From contig OY969724.1 in NCBI GenBank assembly GCA_963702205.1, positions 928,001 to 992,000 on the forward strand: DNA of 64,000 bases. The letters run 5' to 3'. Shown here piece by piece: positions 9,321 through 18,510 of this stretch. The position numbers and the translations under genes were made by a program. Under the pieces are notes generated by a model. It worked only from the letters and a program-made list of their open reading frames with translations. It made no database searches and had not been told where the DNA came from. This DNA is from an uncultured candidate division Zixibacteria bacterium. GTDB taxonomy: Bacteria; Zixibacteria; MSB-5A5; GN15; PGXB01. Every line of letters starts with the position of its first letter. The first letter of the stretch is position 1.

Positions 9321-11431
9321 CGTACTATTGAAATTTTCCTTTTATAGCATTCCGTTCGACCCGATATATAGTGCGCCGTAATGCGGCAGAAATATGTCCC
9401 CGGAAGCACGTCCAGATTCACGTCGTTCTGTCCCGACCAGACGTCTTCGTCGTGCGAGCCCTCACCCCGGAAACCGTTTTTAAGCACATCTTTAACCGCC
9501 TCGCCGGTAACCGTGAACAGCTCGATATCGACGTGGGCGTCTTCGTCGAGAGTGTAGCCAATCACCGTATGGCCGTCGACGTCGGGATTAAACGGATTGG
9601 GATAATTCGTAAACGAATTCTTCAGACCCGCCGCTGCGAGCGAAATCTCGGCCGAATAGACGGGGAAAATACTGCCGGACAGGAGCGGATAAACGGCCGT
9701 AGCAAGATTTAAATCGGCCATGCTGAACGACGTGGAATCATCGAATATCATTATATAATTGGCCGGATCGACGTCGGCTCGTATATCACCGGCAATATTC
9801 AGGTCAGCCAGCACGCCCGATTCCAGCGTGAAGGCCGTTTCCGGAATCAGCCGGATAGTATCTCCGGCAAAAGCGCTGTCGGTCGCGACTGTTTGACCGT
9901 CAAGTGAGAGATAAACGGCGTCGAATAATTCCGAGGCATCGGTGGATGTATATCCATCACCGGTTCGTTTCAACAGCCGACCGGTAAGACCGGACAGGGC
10001 AATGTCTCCTCCGGCTCCGCCCTGACTGTAATCCAGGTGGCCCTGATATATCGAGAGACCTTCCTGATTCGGACCGGCCAATTGGACGGGCAGAGACTCG
10101 GTTTCGAGCACCGGTCGTCCGGCCGGAAGGAAGATGCGGGTCATATTGGTCATGAACGGGTACTCGGCCGCGCAATTGTCGCCCGGACTGTATGAAAGCG
10201 CCGACGTGGAATCATTGGCGTCGGTGATTTCAAGCCAGCCGGTCGATGGAATCATCAGAACGAAATTATCGTACGGTGCATCCGCTTCAATATCGGCAAT
10301 CAACCGTACATTGAGACTTTCGCCCGGGCTGACCGCAATTCCCGGCTGACCGAGATCGAATATGGTGTTGGCTCCGAGAACTTGCACGAAAGTTTGATAA
10401 ACCGGTGCCTGTCCTTCGATCTGATAGCCGATGCGGTCGAACAAGCGGTTCGGATCGAGCAGGGTGCCCGAAGAATCTATAGCCTGCACCGAAATGCTTT
10501 GCAAATATATATCCGCCTTGTTCGGCGCGGCATCATAGTTAAATGCGAAGTCTATCAGCGACAAAGTATCTTTGCCGCCGACGGTCGAATACGGCAGAAG
10601 CGAAACCGGACAGAGTTCAGGAGGAACAGCCGGATCGTTCAGGCTCGTAACTCCGGCCAGAATGGGAAATACATCTTCATCGCCGAGCTGCAGCAGATCG
10701 TCGCTGGCGGCTTCCAGAATCGAATGTGAAGACAGATCGCGTACCTCGAAGGCGGTGCTGTCGGGGATGGTCATGCCGAATGAAGATACGGAAATATCGG
10801 CGGCGACGCTCATCCTGATCAAAATGGAATCTACTTCATCGGGGCTGAGAGTGAGCGGAGAGCCAAGAGGTATATCTATTTCGACGGTGCCGCTCGGTAT
10901 GGACTGGACGCCCCCGATTATAGTCTGCTGGTGCAGGACGTTCACTTCGTCGGCGACGTTATCGGCGGGAATGGCCGCACCAAGTTCATCGGTAAAGGAT
11001 ACCGTCAGACCCGTCAATTGAATTTGGGAGCTTGTCAGACTGCCGGGATGACGCAGTTTAAGATAAACGAGACTGACGTTGTTCTGTCCCACGTTCACAT
11101 GCGGCGGCAAAAGCGCGGTATATGAAACCAGCATCTCCTGCGAGGGGTCATCGATACGGCACGAAGCCGTCTGCAGCGGGAAAGTTACCGAAGATGCTAT
11201 CGTGACAGGCTGCAGCGAATTGTCGTCCAGAATTTCGATATTATTGCCGTCGTTCAGCGAAAGAATGAAATTGTCAGCCGTCGCCAGCGAATCAATATCC
11301 ACCAGAAGCGAAAAATTCTTTTTCTCGCCCGATTCGACCGTAACGGGAGTCCCGAAATCAAGTTGCACCGATGATTGTCCCGGGGGACTTTCTATAATGC
11401 AAAGATTCGTGTACCCCGTCGACAGGACCAT
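9317..11431 (-). CDS. C-terminal part of giant secreted protein with FlgD-Ig/T9SS-type C-terminal sorting domain (frame open upstream to at least ~11482)
   Basis: FTNYPNPFNP...IGYTLDEDAHVDIELFTVTGEAVK...WSGQND...PGTYFCRI; no signal peptide; joins the upstream ORF if one base near 11483 is removed. Confidence 0.8.
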   Translation of the reverse strand: MVLSTGYTNLCIIESPPGQSSVQLDFGTPVTVESGEKKNFSLLVDIDSLATADNFILSLNDGNNIEILDDNSLQPVTIASSVTFPLQTASCRIDDPSQEMLVSYTALLPPHVNVGQNNVSLVYLKLRHPGSLTSSQIQLTGLTVSFTDELGAAIPADNVADEVNVLHQQTIIGGVQSIPSGTVEIDIPLGSPLTLSPDEVDSILIRMSVAADISVSSFGMTIPDSTAFEVRDLSSHSILEAASDDLLQLGDEDVFPILAGVTSLNDPAVPPELCPVSLLPYSTVGGKDTLSLIDFAFNYDAAPNKADIYLQSISVQAIDSSGTLLDPNRLFDRIGYQIEGQAPVYQTFVQVLGANTIFDLGQPGIAVSPGESLNVRLIADIEADAPYDNFVLMIPSTGWLEITDANDSTSALSYSPGDNCAAEYPFMTNMTRIFLPAGRPVLETESLPVQLAGPNQEGLSIYQGHLDYSQGGAGGDIALSGLTGRLLKRTGDGYTSTDASELFDAVYLSLDGQTVATDSAFAGDTIRLIPETAFTLESGVLADLNIAGDIRADVDPANYIMIFDDSTSFSMADLNLATAVYPLLSGSIFPVYSAEISLAAAGLKNSFTNYPNPFNPDVDGHTVIGYTLDEDAHVDIELFTVTGEAVKDVLKNGFRGEGSHDEDVWSGQNDVNLDVLPGTYFCRITAHYISGRTECYKRKISIVR

Positions 11432-11471
11432 CCGCGAAAAAACGGTGTTGGCGTCGATCGGCTGGAAATTA

Positions 11472-14400
11472 TTATCGAGTACAGGTCAAAGTCAGGCCTT
11501 GCATGAGATATGCCGCCGACGTCGCTTCGGGATCCGAATGAGAAACGCTCAGGCTCAGCGGGAAGACGTTGAACTGTCCGCGCGTAACCGAGGTCGGGAT
11601 GGTGTTGATCAATTTTACGAGCGCGTCGGAAGGCACCGTTTGAATGGTGATATTTTCGGTAGTGACGACGGCCGACGTGTCTCCGGTCGGCGGGGCAGCC
11701 GCTCTCAGGTCAAACGTAAGTTCTCCCGCGGCGACAGCGGTCAAATAAAATTTGAATATCGTACTGCCCTGGGCGGGGATCGTGACCGGCCCGGAAGCGG
11801 AGCTGTCGACCGTTACGAGGTCCGAGTCGCTGATGGAAACCAGTTCGCCGATGACATTATCCAGGTCCGTCGCCAGAAGATTATCCGTGGCTATTTCGAC
11901 CGTAATATTCTGGCCGATCGAGAAATTCGGTCCGAGCGGGTTGTACGAAATGCGCAGAGCCGACGTGGATATCGTAAACGTCGCCCCGATGACAATGTTT
12001 TTATCTCGCGGGCCGTCATTGGCGGAAAAATATTCAAAACCGCTTATCGGAATTCTGCCTCTGAAGGTCGCGCCCGGCGTGGCGGCGGCGGCGATATCGG
12101 CGATAACGAACAAAGCTTGCGGATCATCGCCGAACTCCAGATCAATATTATCAAGGGTCCACTCTCCGCCGGAGTAGGAAAATGTGCCGAGATACTGATC
12201 GGTATCCTGCCATTTTTCATCGCCGTCGGTATCGAGCCAGAGCTCCACCGTTTCGAGGTCGCCGTCGTCGGCGGTTTCCGCATTTTGTATGGTCAATGAT
12301 TTCAGCGTATCGGTTTGATCACCGTCGATGGCCGGTTTGAAAGCCATGATGACAATGGATGTATCCGACGGGCTCACGGTTCTCGGTGTCACGGGAACGA
12401 TGTCGTACTGAGCCGCTATGGAGCCATCGATAACCAGATGACCGCCGCTGACGAGCGGCAGGTCGCCGTTGAGGTTCACTGTTTCGATGAAATTGAAGTC
12501 AGAAGGACCGGTTATTTCGACGGCGAGGCTGTCGGAGTCGATGACATTCAGCGGTATATCGGCCGTTACAAAAAAGTATGTTAGCTCTTCGGCGGGCAGT
12601 TCGATATCAAGGCCGGACAGGTGCAGTGCGCCGGATGTGAAATTACCGGTCGCAATCAGTGAATCGTCGTTGAGAATTCGGTCACCGTCCTGGTCGTAGT
12701 AAAGTGAAACCTGTCCGAGTTCGTAGTCGGCAAAATCCAGATCGGACGTCGTGACGGAAATGTCGGTCAGGTTCAGTCCGGTCAGCGTTTTCGCCTGATC
12801 GATATATCCATTGTAAAGAGCAAAAATCATAAGATTATTCTGGCTGCTGCCGGGCGCCACGGTTGCGGTCGCGGCCGGTATTGATATGGCGGTTATACGG
12901 TTCGACGGAAATACTAGGTGGGCGCGGGTATCGTCGACCGAAATGTCGTCAGGCCCATCGGTGCCCGATTTAAAGTTCACCCCGCCGGTCGGTAGGGACA
13001 GTTGTATGGACCCGGCGTCGAACGATCGGTTGGCGATGTTAGCCGTCACGACAAACCGGCTACCACCGGATTTTATTGCAAAATCCATTCCGGTCAGAGA
13101 CCAGGAATCGTCGCGATAAGTCATCTGTCCGATATAATCCCCGGCGTCGGGCGTGATATCTCCGTCCGGATCGGCCCAGAGCTTCAAAGTTACGATGTCA
13201 CTGGCATTGTTCAAACTGCCCAGGTTGGTCAGAGTAAGCCCCGACAAAATATCGCTGCTGTAACCGTTCGACGGCAGATCGAAATTGAATATCGGGCGAT
13301 TGGTCTGACCACCGTAGTACGCGCCCTGATCTATATCGAACACGTTGACCGCGGCGGCAGGAAACGCCGAAATGGTGAAAACTCCGGGGTTGGTAAGCGG
13401 GAATGTGCCGCTTATGGTAACCGGGGCGCTGAAATAGATATCGTCATCGCTTGCTACGGAGAAATTGATCGTATTACCGTCCTTGGCGTTGTATAAATTC
13501 AGCCATGGTACTGGTACAAGTCGTGCCCCTCCGCCGAATCCGTCGATCGGGAGGTTGTTCAGAAGGAATTTTCCGCTGCCGTCGGTAATTTGTGATGACG
13601 CCAGCAAAGAGTCATTGGCGTCTATAATTATATTGTCATCCGAAGTTAGGTAAAGCTGGACGCTGTCTATCTGGCTGTCGAGCTGAGCGAGAGTGGCGTC
13701 ATCGGGATCGGTGGCCTCCAGGCTGAAATATAGGCTGTCCAGATAGGCGGTGACGGCATACCCGTTGATCATTTCGACTGCCATGACCGGACCCGTCGAT
13801 TCGCCGGGAGTTACATCTCGCGGGGTAATGGCAATTGGGGTGCAGTCTACGCTTTCCGAAGATAATATCGTAACCGTATCGACCGGGACCGTGGCCATGT
13901 CAATCGGGCCGTCGTTGCCCGAGGACATCTGGACCCCGTCGGTCGGAATAGCCAGCGCGATAGTCGCACCGTTGGCCGGGTAGTCGGCAATATTCGCCCC
14001 GATGTAGAACCGGGTTGCGGCATCGGTAAGCGCGACGTTCAGGCCGCTGATTGACCAGCGGTCACCGGTGAAAACCAGTTGACCCAGTCGGTATTCCTCG
14101 GCGGTCGAAGTAAAGACATTATTTCCGTTATCTTTATACAGGACAAAGGATTCGATGTCATTGTCGGTCGCTGTCCCCTCATTATATATATTAAGGGATT
14201 TCAGGGTATCGGTTTGATACCCGTTGCGAGGAAGGTCGAATGACAGGACGCTGCAGGAAAACGTCCTGGCTGCGGCGTTCGCGACATCGCTGGTGATAAT
14301 TCGTATCTGGGCGGCAATCATGCCATTTATTATGACATAGCCGAATGAATTGACGGTTTCAGGTCCGAGCGGAACCGTGGCATCCGATACATCAAGATCG

Positions 14401-17400
14401 GTAGTCGTCGTGAAATATATGTCCAAGCTGTCGCCGTCGCGCGGAGACGGAGATATATTTATCGCGCCGATAATCGTAATCCCAGAATCCGGAGCGATTG
14501 CCAGTGAACCAAGATTGACGTGGTTTATCTCGCCTGTAATTGCCGCCGATCCGATCAGGCTGTCCGAGGCAGAAAGCAGGGAATCATTGTCGAGATCGGC
14601 ATAAAGAGATATCTGATTCATATTCGACCGAACCTGCTCAGCGGTCCCGGGTCCATGAGAATTATTGCGAACGGTTAATCCGGTTAAGCTTTTTGGGTCG
14701 TCGAAATAATTTTCAACCCGGAAGGCCAGAATCGGGACATCTTCCTGAGCCGAACGGGCTTCGCCATTGCCAAGCGGAATATTGTAAACTACGAGAGCTT
14801 CGACGTCGATCGAGCCGCTGGTATCGACAACGGCATTGATATCGCTGATAACCGTTATTTCACCCGAACCCGGCTTGGTGGCGATGAATGTACCGTCGGC
14901 ATTGATGGTCCCCATACTGCCAAGCACGTCCCAGGTGAGGGTGCCGGTCGTAGTAGTATTGCCGTCGGAATCGTACCCGGTCGCCTCAAACTGCACCGAA
15001 TCGCCGGGAGCGGTATCGGTCATGTCCGGAGAAATCGCAAGTGAGTGCAATAACCCCGGCGTAATTTCAAGACAGGCGGTTGTGTCGGCGGCACCTTTGT
15101 CAGAAACGGCAATCACTCCGGTGGTGCCAACCGTGGTCGGATCGAACAGGCCGGAATTGTCGATGTCGCCGAGAGCGTCGACAACGCTCCAGGTTATGTT
15201 GCCGGGATCGGCGCCAAAGCCTCCGGAGTCGAAACCTGAAATAGTATATTGAAGAGTAGAATCGGCCGTGATTGTCGCGGAATCCGGTGCAATCTGCAGA
15301 GTAACCAGAGCGGCGGGATTGACCGTAATCGTAATTTGTTCGCTGTCGATCGCCAGTGAGTCATCGGAGGCGTAAACCATTATATCATAATCACCGGCCG
15401 AGGGATACATCGGCGTCCAGTCGAATGTCCCGGTGCCGTCGCCGTTGTCGGTAAACCCGGCTCCGCTGGGAAGAGTCGACGTTGTCAGGCTCGGTATCGA
15501 TTCGATATCGGTCGCGGAGATATCGAAATTAAGATTGGCATTTTCGGTCACCGTACGGTCGCCAATAGCGGCCAGGACCGGCTGCTGGTTTCCGGCATCG
15601 TTGACGGTTATAGTGAACAAGCCGCTGTCGACGGCGCTGGAATCATCGGTGGCATAAAACCAAATTTCATAAACGCCCGATTGCAAATAGGTCGGTGTCC
15701 ACGTGAAACTGCCGGACCCGTCGCCGTTGTCGGTGAAACCCGCTCCGGTCGGCAGGGCCGAGGACGTCACGACGGGCATGGATTCTATATCAGAAGCACT
15801 GAGTACGAACGACCCGTTTACGTTTTCGGCAATAGTCAAGTCTTCGGGAAGAATCAGCACGGGCGGCTGATTACCGGCGTCGGCAACCGTTATGGTGATG
15901 GTTTCGCTGTCGACGGCGCTGGAGTCGTCGGTTGCGTAAAATGTTATTTCATAAGCTCCTGACTGGAAAAATGTCGGTGTCCAGTCGAAGGAGCCTGTGC
16001 CGTCGCCGTGATCGGCGAACGAGGCACCGGTTGGAAGCGGCGAGGTGCTCAGCGTCGGTGTTGATTCGATATCGCCGGCTTTAATATGAAAATAGAGGTC
16101 AACGTTTTCGACCGTTTTTTGATTATCGATTTCACCAAGCTCCGGAAGATTGTTGCCGGTTTCGAAATATCCCATATCCGGTGCCAGGCCGCTGAAGGGA
16201 TAACCGATATTGAGACCTTTGTCGATTACGGGCGACGTTGGCTGCAATGTGAAATCATCGCCCGCCCAATCGACAAACTGGGGATTGACATCCATGCGTC
16301 CGGCGGAATCATGCACTCCCCCGGAATAATCGGTATCGAGCAATCCGTTCCAAATGTCATTATAAGCGCAGACATTGCCGGATGAGCCGTATATAGCTAT
16401 GCTGCCGTCTATTAGAAGATTGCCGTTGGCTATTATATTGTTGAAAATGCGACAGGAAGAGACAGCATTGTCTATATAGACCCCTTGCATGGAATAATTA
16501 TAAACCGTGTTGCCATAGAATTTATTCGATTCCGCTCCGGCCCGGTTGACCAGGCCTGATTGCCCCACGTTGTAAATAAGATTTTTCTGGATCAGGTTAT
16601 AACTGCCGTAGACATCGATCCCCTGCAAACCGAAATCATGAATCGTGCATTCTGCTATAAAACATGAATCGCCGTTCAACGACAAACCGTGGCGGGCACA
16701 GTTGGTCAGTGTTATGCCGCGGAATTGTGTATGATCTCCGTCAATTTGGACTATTACATTGGCCAGACCGCCCATGTCGACAACAGCCGTCCCGTCGCCA
16801 TAATGTTGATAGACTATGGGTGTATTCGCCAGCCCGGACGCCGTCAGAAGGACTGTTGTCAAGACAGAATAGGTTCCGGGCAAAATGTTAACTGTATCAC
16901 CGGCTACGACAATGCCTTTAATATCTCCATTGTCGATAGTGGCCCAGGCCGAACTTATGCTAAGACCATCGTTATCGTCATCACCTGTTTCGGAAACGAA
17001 GAAGTTTCTGCCGCTGGTTGGCATAAACTCCTTGGCACCCATATCGGGAGCATCGCCGATGTACGGATATCCAAGGTCGAGACCTTTGTCAATTACCGGA
17101 GAACCGCTTTGGAGCGTAAAATCACCTGAAAGAGGGTCTACGAACAAGGGGTCGACCGACATGCCACCGGCCGAATCAACAGCACTATTGTAGTTGCCTG
17201 AAGAATTGCCCCAAACGTCATTGAATCCGCATATGTTGTTCGCGTTTCCATTAATGCCATGTTCGCCATTTTCAACGAGAACATTATTGAAGGCGCGCTG
17301 AGTAATATCTTTTATCTCAAGGCCATCTTTCAAGCAGGAATATATGGTGTTGCCGTAAATTAAGGTATTTTTGGCGGAACCTTCAGCTCTGATGCCATCA

Positions 17401-17915
17401 TCACCGGTATTCGTAATTATATTTTTCAAAGCAAGGCAACCGACGCCCTCAATCCTGATGCCGAATTTCTCGGTATCGTGGATATAACAATAAGACGCAG
17501 TGCACGAATCGCCTTTAAGATGAATGGCATTGTCGCGCGTATTGGTAAGTTCGAAACCGTTTATTACGGTATGACTGCCTTTGACTTCGAATATGATATC
17601 AGTACGGTTGTCGTCATCGAGAACGACCGTGCCGCCTTCGCTGCAATATACGATCGGTGCAGCCTCGGTTCCGTTTATTGCCAGATCTATTTTATTGGAA
17701 AGAACATATGTTCCGGCGAGCACTTTGACGGTATCGCCGGGATTGATCAGCCCGAGCCGATCGCCGTTGTTGACGGTCGCCCAGGCGGTAAGTTCGGTTG
17801 AACCGTCCGCCGCGTCGCTGCCCGAAGTGGAAACAAAGTATGTCGTGGCATAAGCGGAGCCTGCCGCCAGCCATACGAGCGCACATATAGCCGATAAAAA
17901 AATATTTTTAGCCAT
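11472..17915 (-). CDS. N-terminal part of giant secreted protein: two right-handed parallel beta-helix modules, tandem Ig-like repeats and acidic beta-sandwich repeats (frameshifted at ~11483)
   Basis: Sec signal (...SAYA), two PbH1-type modules each ending SPVIDKG...APDMG, three N[Q/N]xPxL Ig/cadherin-like repeats, and repeated LYxDxDxD motifs. Confidence 0.85.
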   Translation of the reverse strand: MAKNIFLSAICALVWLAAGSAYATTYFVSTSGSDAADGSTELTAWATVNNGDRLGLINPGDTVKVLAGTYVLSNKIDLAINGTEAAPIVYCSEGGTVVLDDDNRTDIIFEVKGSHTVINGFELTNTRDNAIHLKGDSCTASYCYIHDTEKFGIRIEGVGCLALKNIITNTGDDGIRAEGSAKNTLIYGNTIYSCLKDGLEIKDITQRAFNNVLVENGEHGINGNANNICGFNDVWGNSSGNYNSAVDSAGGMSVDPLFVDPLSGDFTLQSGSPVIDKGLDLGYPYIGDAPDMGAKEFMPTSGRNFFVSETGDDDNDGLSISSAWATIDNGDIKGIVVAGDTVNILPGTYSVLTTVLLTASGLANTPIVYQHYGDGTAVVDMGGLANVIVQIDGDHTQFRGITLTNCARHGLSLNGDSCFIAECTIHDFGLQGIDVYGSYNLIQKNLIYNVGQSGLVNRAGAESNKFYGNTVYNYSMQGVYIDNAVSSCRIFNNIIANGNLLIDGSIAIYGSSGNVCAYNDIWNGLLDTDYSGGVHDSAGRMDVNPQFVDWAGDDFTLQPTSPVIDKGLNIGYPFSGLAPDMGYFETGNNLPELGEIDNQKTVENVDLYFHIKAGDIESTPTLSTSPLPTGASFADHGDGTGSFDWTPTFFQSGAYEITFYATDDSSAVDSETITITVADAGNQPPVLILPEDLTIAENVNGSFVLSASDIESMPVVTSSALPTGAGFTDNGDGSGSFTWTPTYLQSGVYEIWFYATDDSSAVDSGLFTITVNDAGNQQPVLAAIGDRTVTENANLNFDISATDIESIPSLTTSTLPSGAGFTDNGDGTGTFDWTPMYPSAGDYDIMVYASDDSLAIDSEQITITVNPAALVTLQIAPDSATITADSTLQYTISGFDSGGFGADPGNITWSVVDALGDIDNSGLFDPTTVGTTGVIAVSDKGAADTTACLEITPGLLHSLAISPDMTDTAPGDSVQFEATGYDSDGNTTTTGTLTWDVLGSMGTINADGTFIATKPGSGEITVISDINAVVDTSGSIDVEALVVYNIPLGNGEARSAQEDVPILAFRVENYFDDPKSLTGLTVRNNSHGPGTAEQVRSNMNQISLYADLDNDSLLSASDSLIGSAAITGEINHVNLGSLAIAPDSGITIIGAINISPSPRDGDSLDIYFTTTTDLDVSDATVPLGPETVNSFGYVIINGMIAAQIRIITSDVANAAARTFSCSVLSFDLPRNGYQTDTLKSLNIYNEGTATDNDIESFVLYKDNGNNVFTSTAEEYRLGQLVFTGDRWSISGLNVALTDAATRFYIGANIADYPANGATIALAIPTDGVQMSSGNDGPIDMATVPVDTVTILSSESVDCTPIAITPRDVTPGESTGPVMAVEMINGYAVTAYLDSLYFSLEATDPDDATLAQLDSQIDSVQLYLTSDDNIIIDANDSLLASSQITDGSGKFLLNNLPIDGFGGGARLVPVPWLNLYNAKDGNTINFSVASDDDIYFSAPVTISGTFPLTNPGVFTISAFPAAAVNVFDIDQGAYYGGQTNRPIFNFDLPSNGYSSDILSGLTLTNLGSLNNASDIVTLKLWADPDGDITPDAGDYIGQMTYRDDSWSLTGMDFAIKSGGSRFVVTANIANRSFDAGSIQLSLPTGGVNFKSGTDGPDDISVDDTRAHLVFPSNRITAISIPAATATVAPGSSQNNLMIFALYNGYIDQAKTLTGLNLTDISVTTSDLDFADYELGQVSLYYDQDGDRILNDDSLIATGNFTSGALHLSGLDIELPAEELTYFFVTADIPLNVIDSDSLAVEITGPSDFNFIETVNLNGDLPLVSGGHLVIDGSIAAQYDIVPVTPRTVSPSDTSIVIMAFKPAIDGDQTDTLKSLTIQNAETADDGDLETVELWLDTDGDEKWQDTDQYLGTFSYSGGEWTLDNIDLEFGDDPQALFVIADIAAAATPGATFRGRIPISGFEYFSANDGPRDKNIVIGATFTISTSALRISYNPLGPNFSIGQNITVEIATDNLLATDLDNVIGELVSISDSDLVTVDSSASGPVTIPAQGSTIFKFYLTAVAAGELTFDLRAAAPPTGDTSAVVTTENITIQTVPSDALVKLINTIPTSVTRGQFNVFPLSLSVSHSDPEATSAAYLMQGLTLTCTR
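15310..16155 (-). repeat. Three tandem ~94-aa Ig-like repeats inside the giant protein
   Basis: Repeated ...LP[T/S]GAxFxDxGDG[T/S]GxFxWTP...YA[T/S]DDS...DS unit, also visible at DNA level; boundaries approximate. Confidence 0.85.
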
Positions 17916-17923
17916 TTATTGAT

Positions 17924-17950
17924 ATATCGGCAATAACTGACATAACTTAA
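17924..17950 (-). promoter_or_regulatory. Sigma28/FliA-type promoter of the giant-protein operon
   Basis: Minus strand TTAAGTTA-N11-GCCGATAT versus consensus TAAAGTTT-N11-GCCGATAA; the ATG follows 8 nt later. Confidence 0.65.
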
Positions 17951-17964
17951 GATGGAATAACGTC

Positions 17965-17987
17965 TTATAAGTCGATAGGACTTATAA
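17965..17987. promoter_or_regulatory. Perfect 9-bp inverted repeat, candidate operator
   Basis: TTATAAGTC-GATAG-GACTTATAA just upstream of the -35 box. Confidence 0.4.
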
Positions 17988-18018
17988 TCTTATTAATATT
18001 GCCGGATCAGTTTTTCGG

Positions 18019-18510
18019 TTATGACAGGAAAATATGAAGACTCTTTTTTATATTCTCGATTACTGCGCCGACAGCTTTCTTGACTTCCGGAGTCATCTCA
18101 GTTTTTGGGCTAAAGTCCCGGCCCTCAATACAATAAACAATTAGCTCTTTCGGCAGCCTGCCCAGTGCCCGGCCCAATTCCACGGCCTTAGTTACGGCCG
18201 GGGTGTCGTGAGTGGTCGATTGAATTTGCAACTCCTCCGGCATGGGGGTAACTAACGGGCTGAAACTATGGATTGTTCCGGGAGGATATTCTGAAATTGC
18301 AGCATCGATAAAAATTGCCAGCTTCGCCCCATCCCACAATTCGATTATTTTGGCAATGTCCAGTGGCCCGGGAATCAGTTTTACCCGGGCTTTAGTCTTG
18401 AGTTGCAGGGCTTTTAGTCTGCGGATCACCTCGGGCCCGACGCCATCGTCACCCCGGAATTCATTGCCCTGACCAATGATAATCACCGATGCCGGAGGCG
18501 TTCCGATCAT
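18019..18510 (-). CDS. Hydrogenase maturation protease
   Basis: [21 protein letters not shown] and STTHD motifs; overlaps the large-subunit stop. Confidence 0.92.
   Translation of the reverse strand: MIGTPPASVIIIGQGNEFRGDDGVGPEVIRRLKALQLKTKARVKLIPGPLDIAKIIELWDGAKLAIFIDAAISEYPPGTIHSFSPLVTPMPEELQIQSTTHDTPAVTKAVELGRALGRLPKELIVYCIEGRDFSPKTEMTPEVKKAVGAVIENIKKSLHIFLS

Noticed and set aside
11472..11490. Programmed ribosomal frameshift or phase variation in the giant gene
   Set aside because: No slippery heptamer, homopolymer or tandem repeat at the site; the GTAC-associated error explanation covers all three cases.
11079..12299. 406-aa plus-strand ORF spanning the giant-gene junction
   Set aside because: Antisense shadow whose composition switches at ~11483, so it only corroborates the frameshift.
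17935..17962. Possible dif site (XerD-like arm TTATGTCAGTT on the minus strand)
   Set aside because: No XerC arm ending in ATAA at 6-bp spacing; the sequence is better explained as the sigma28 promoter spacer.
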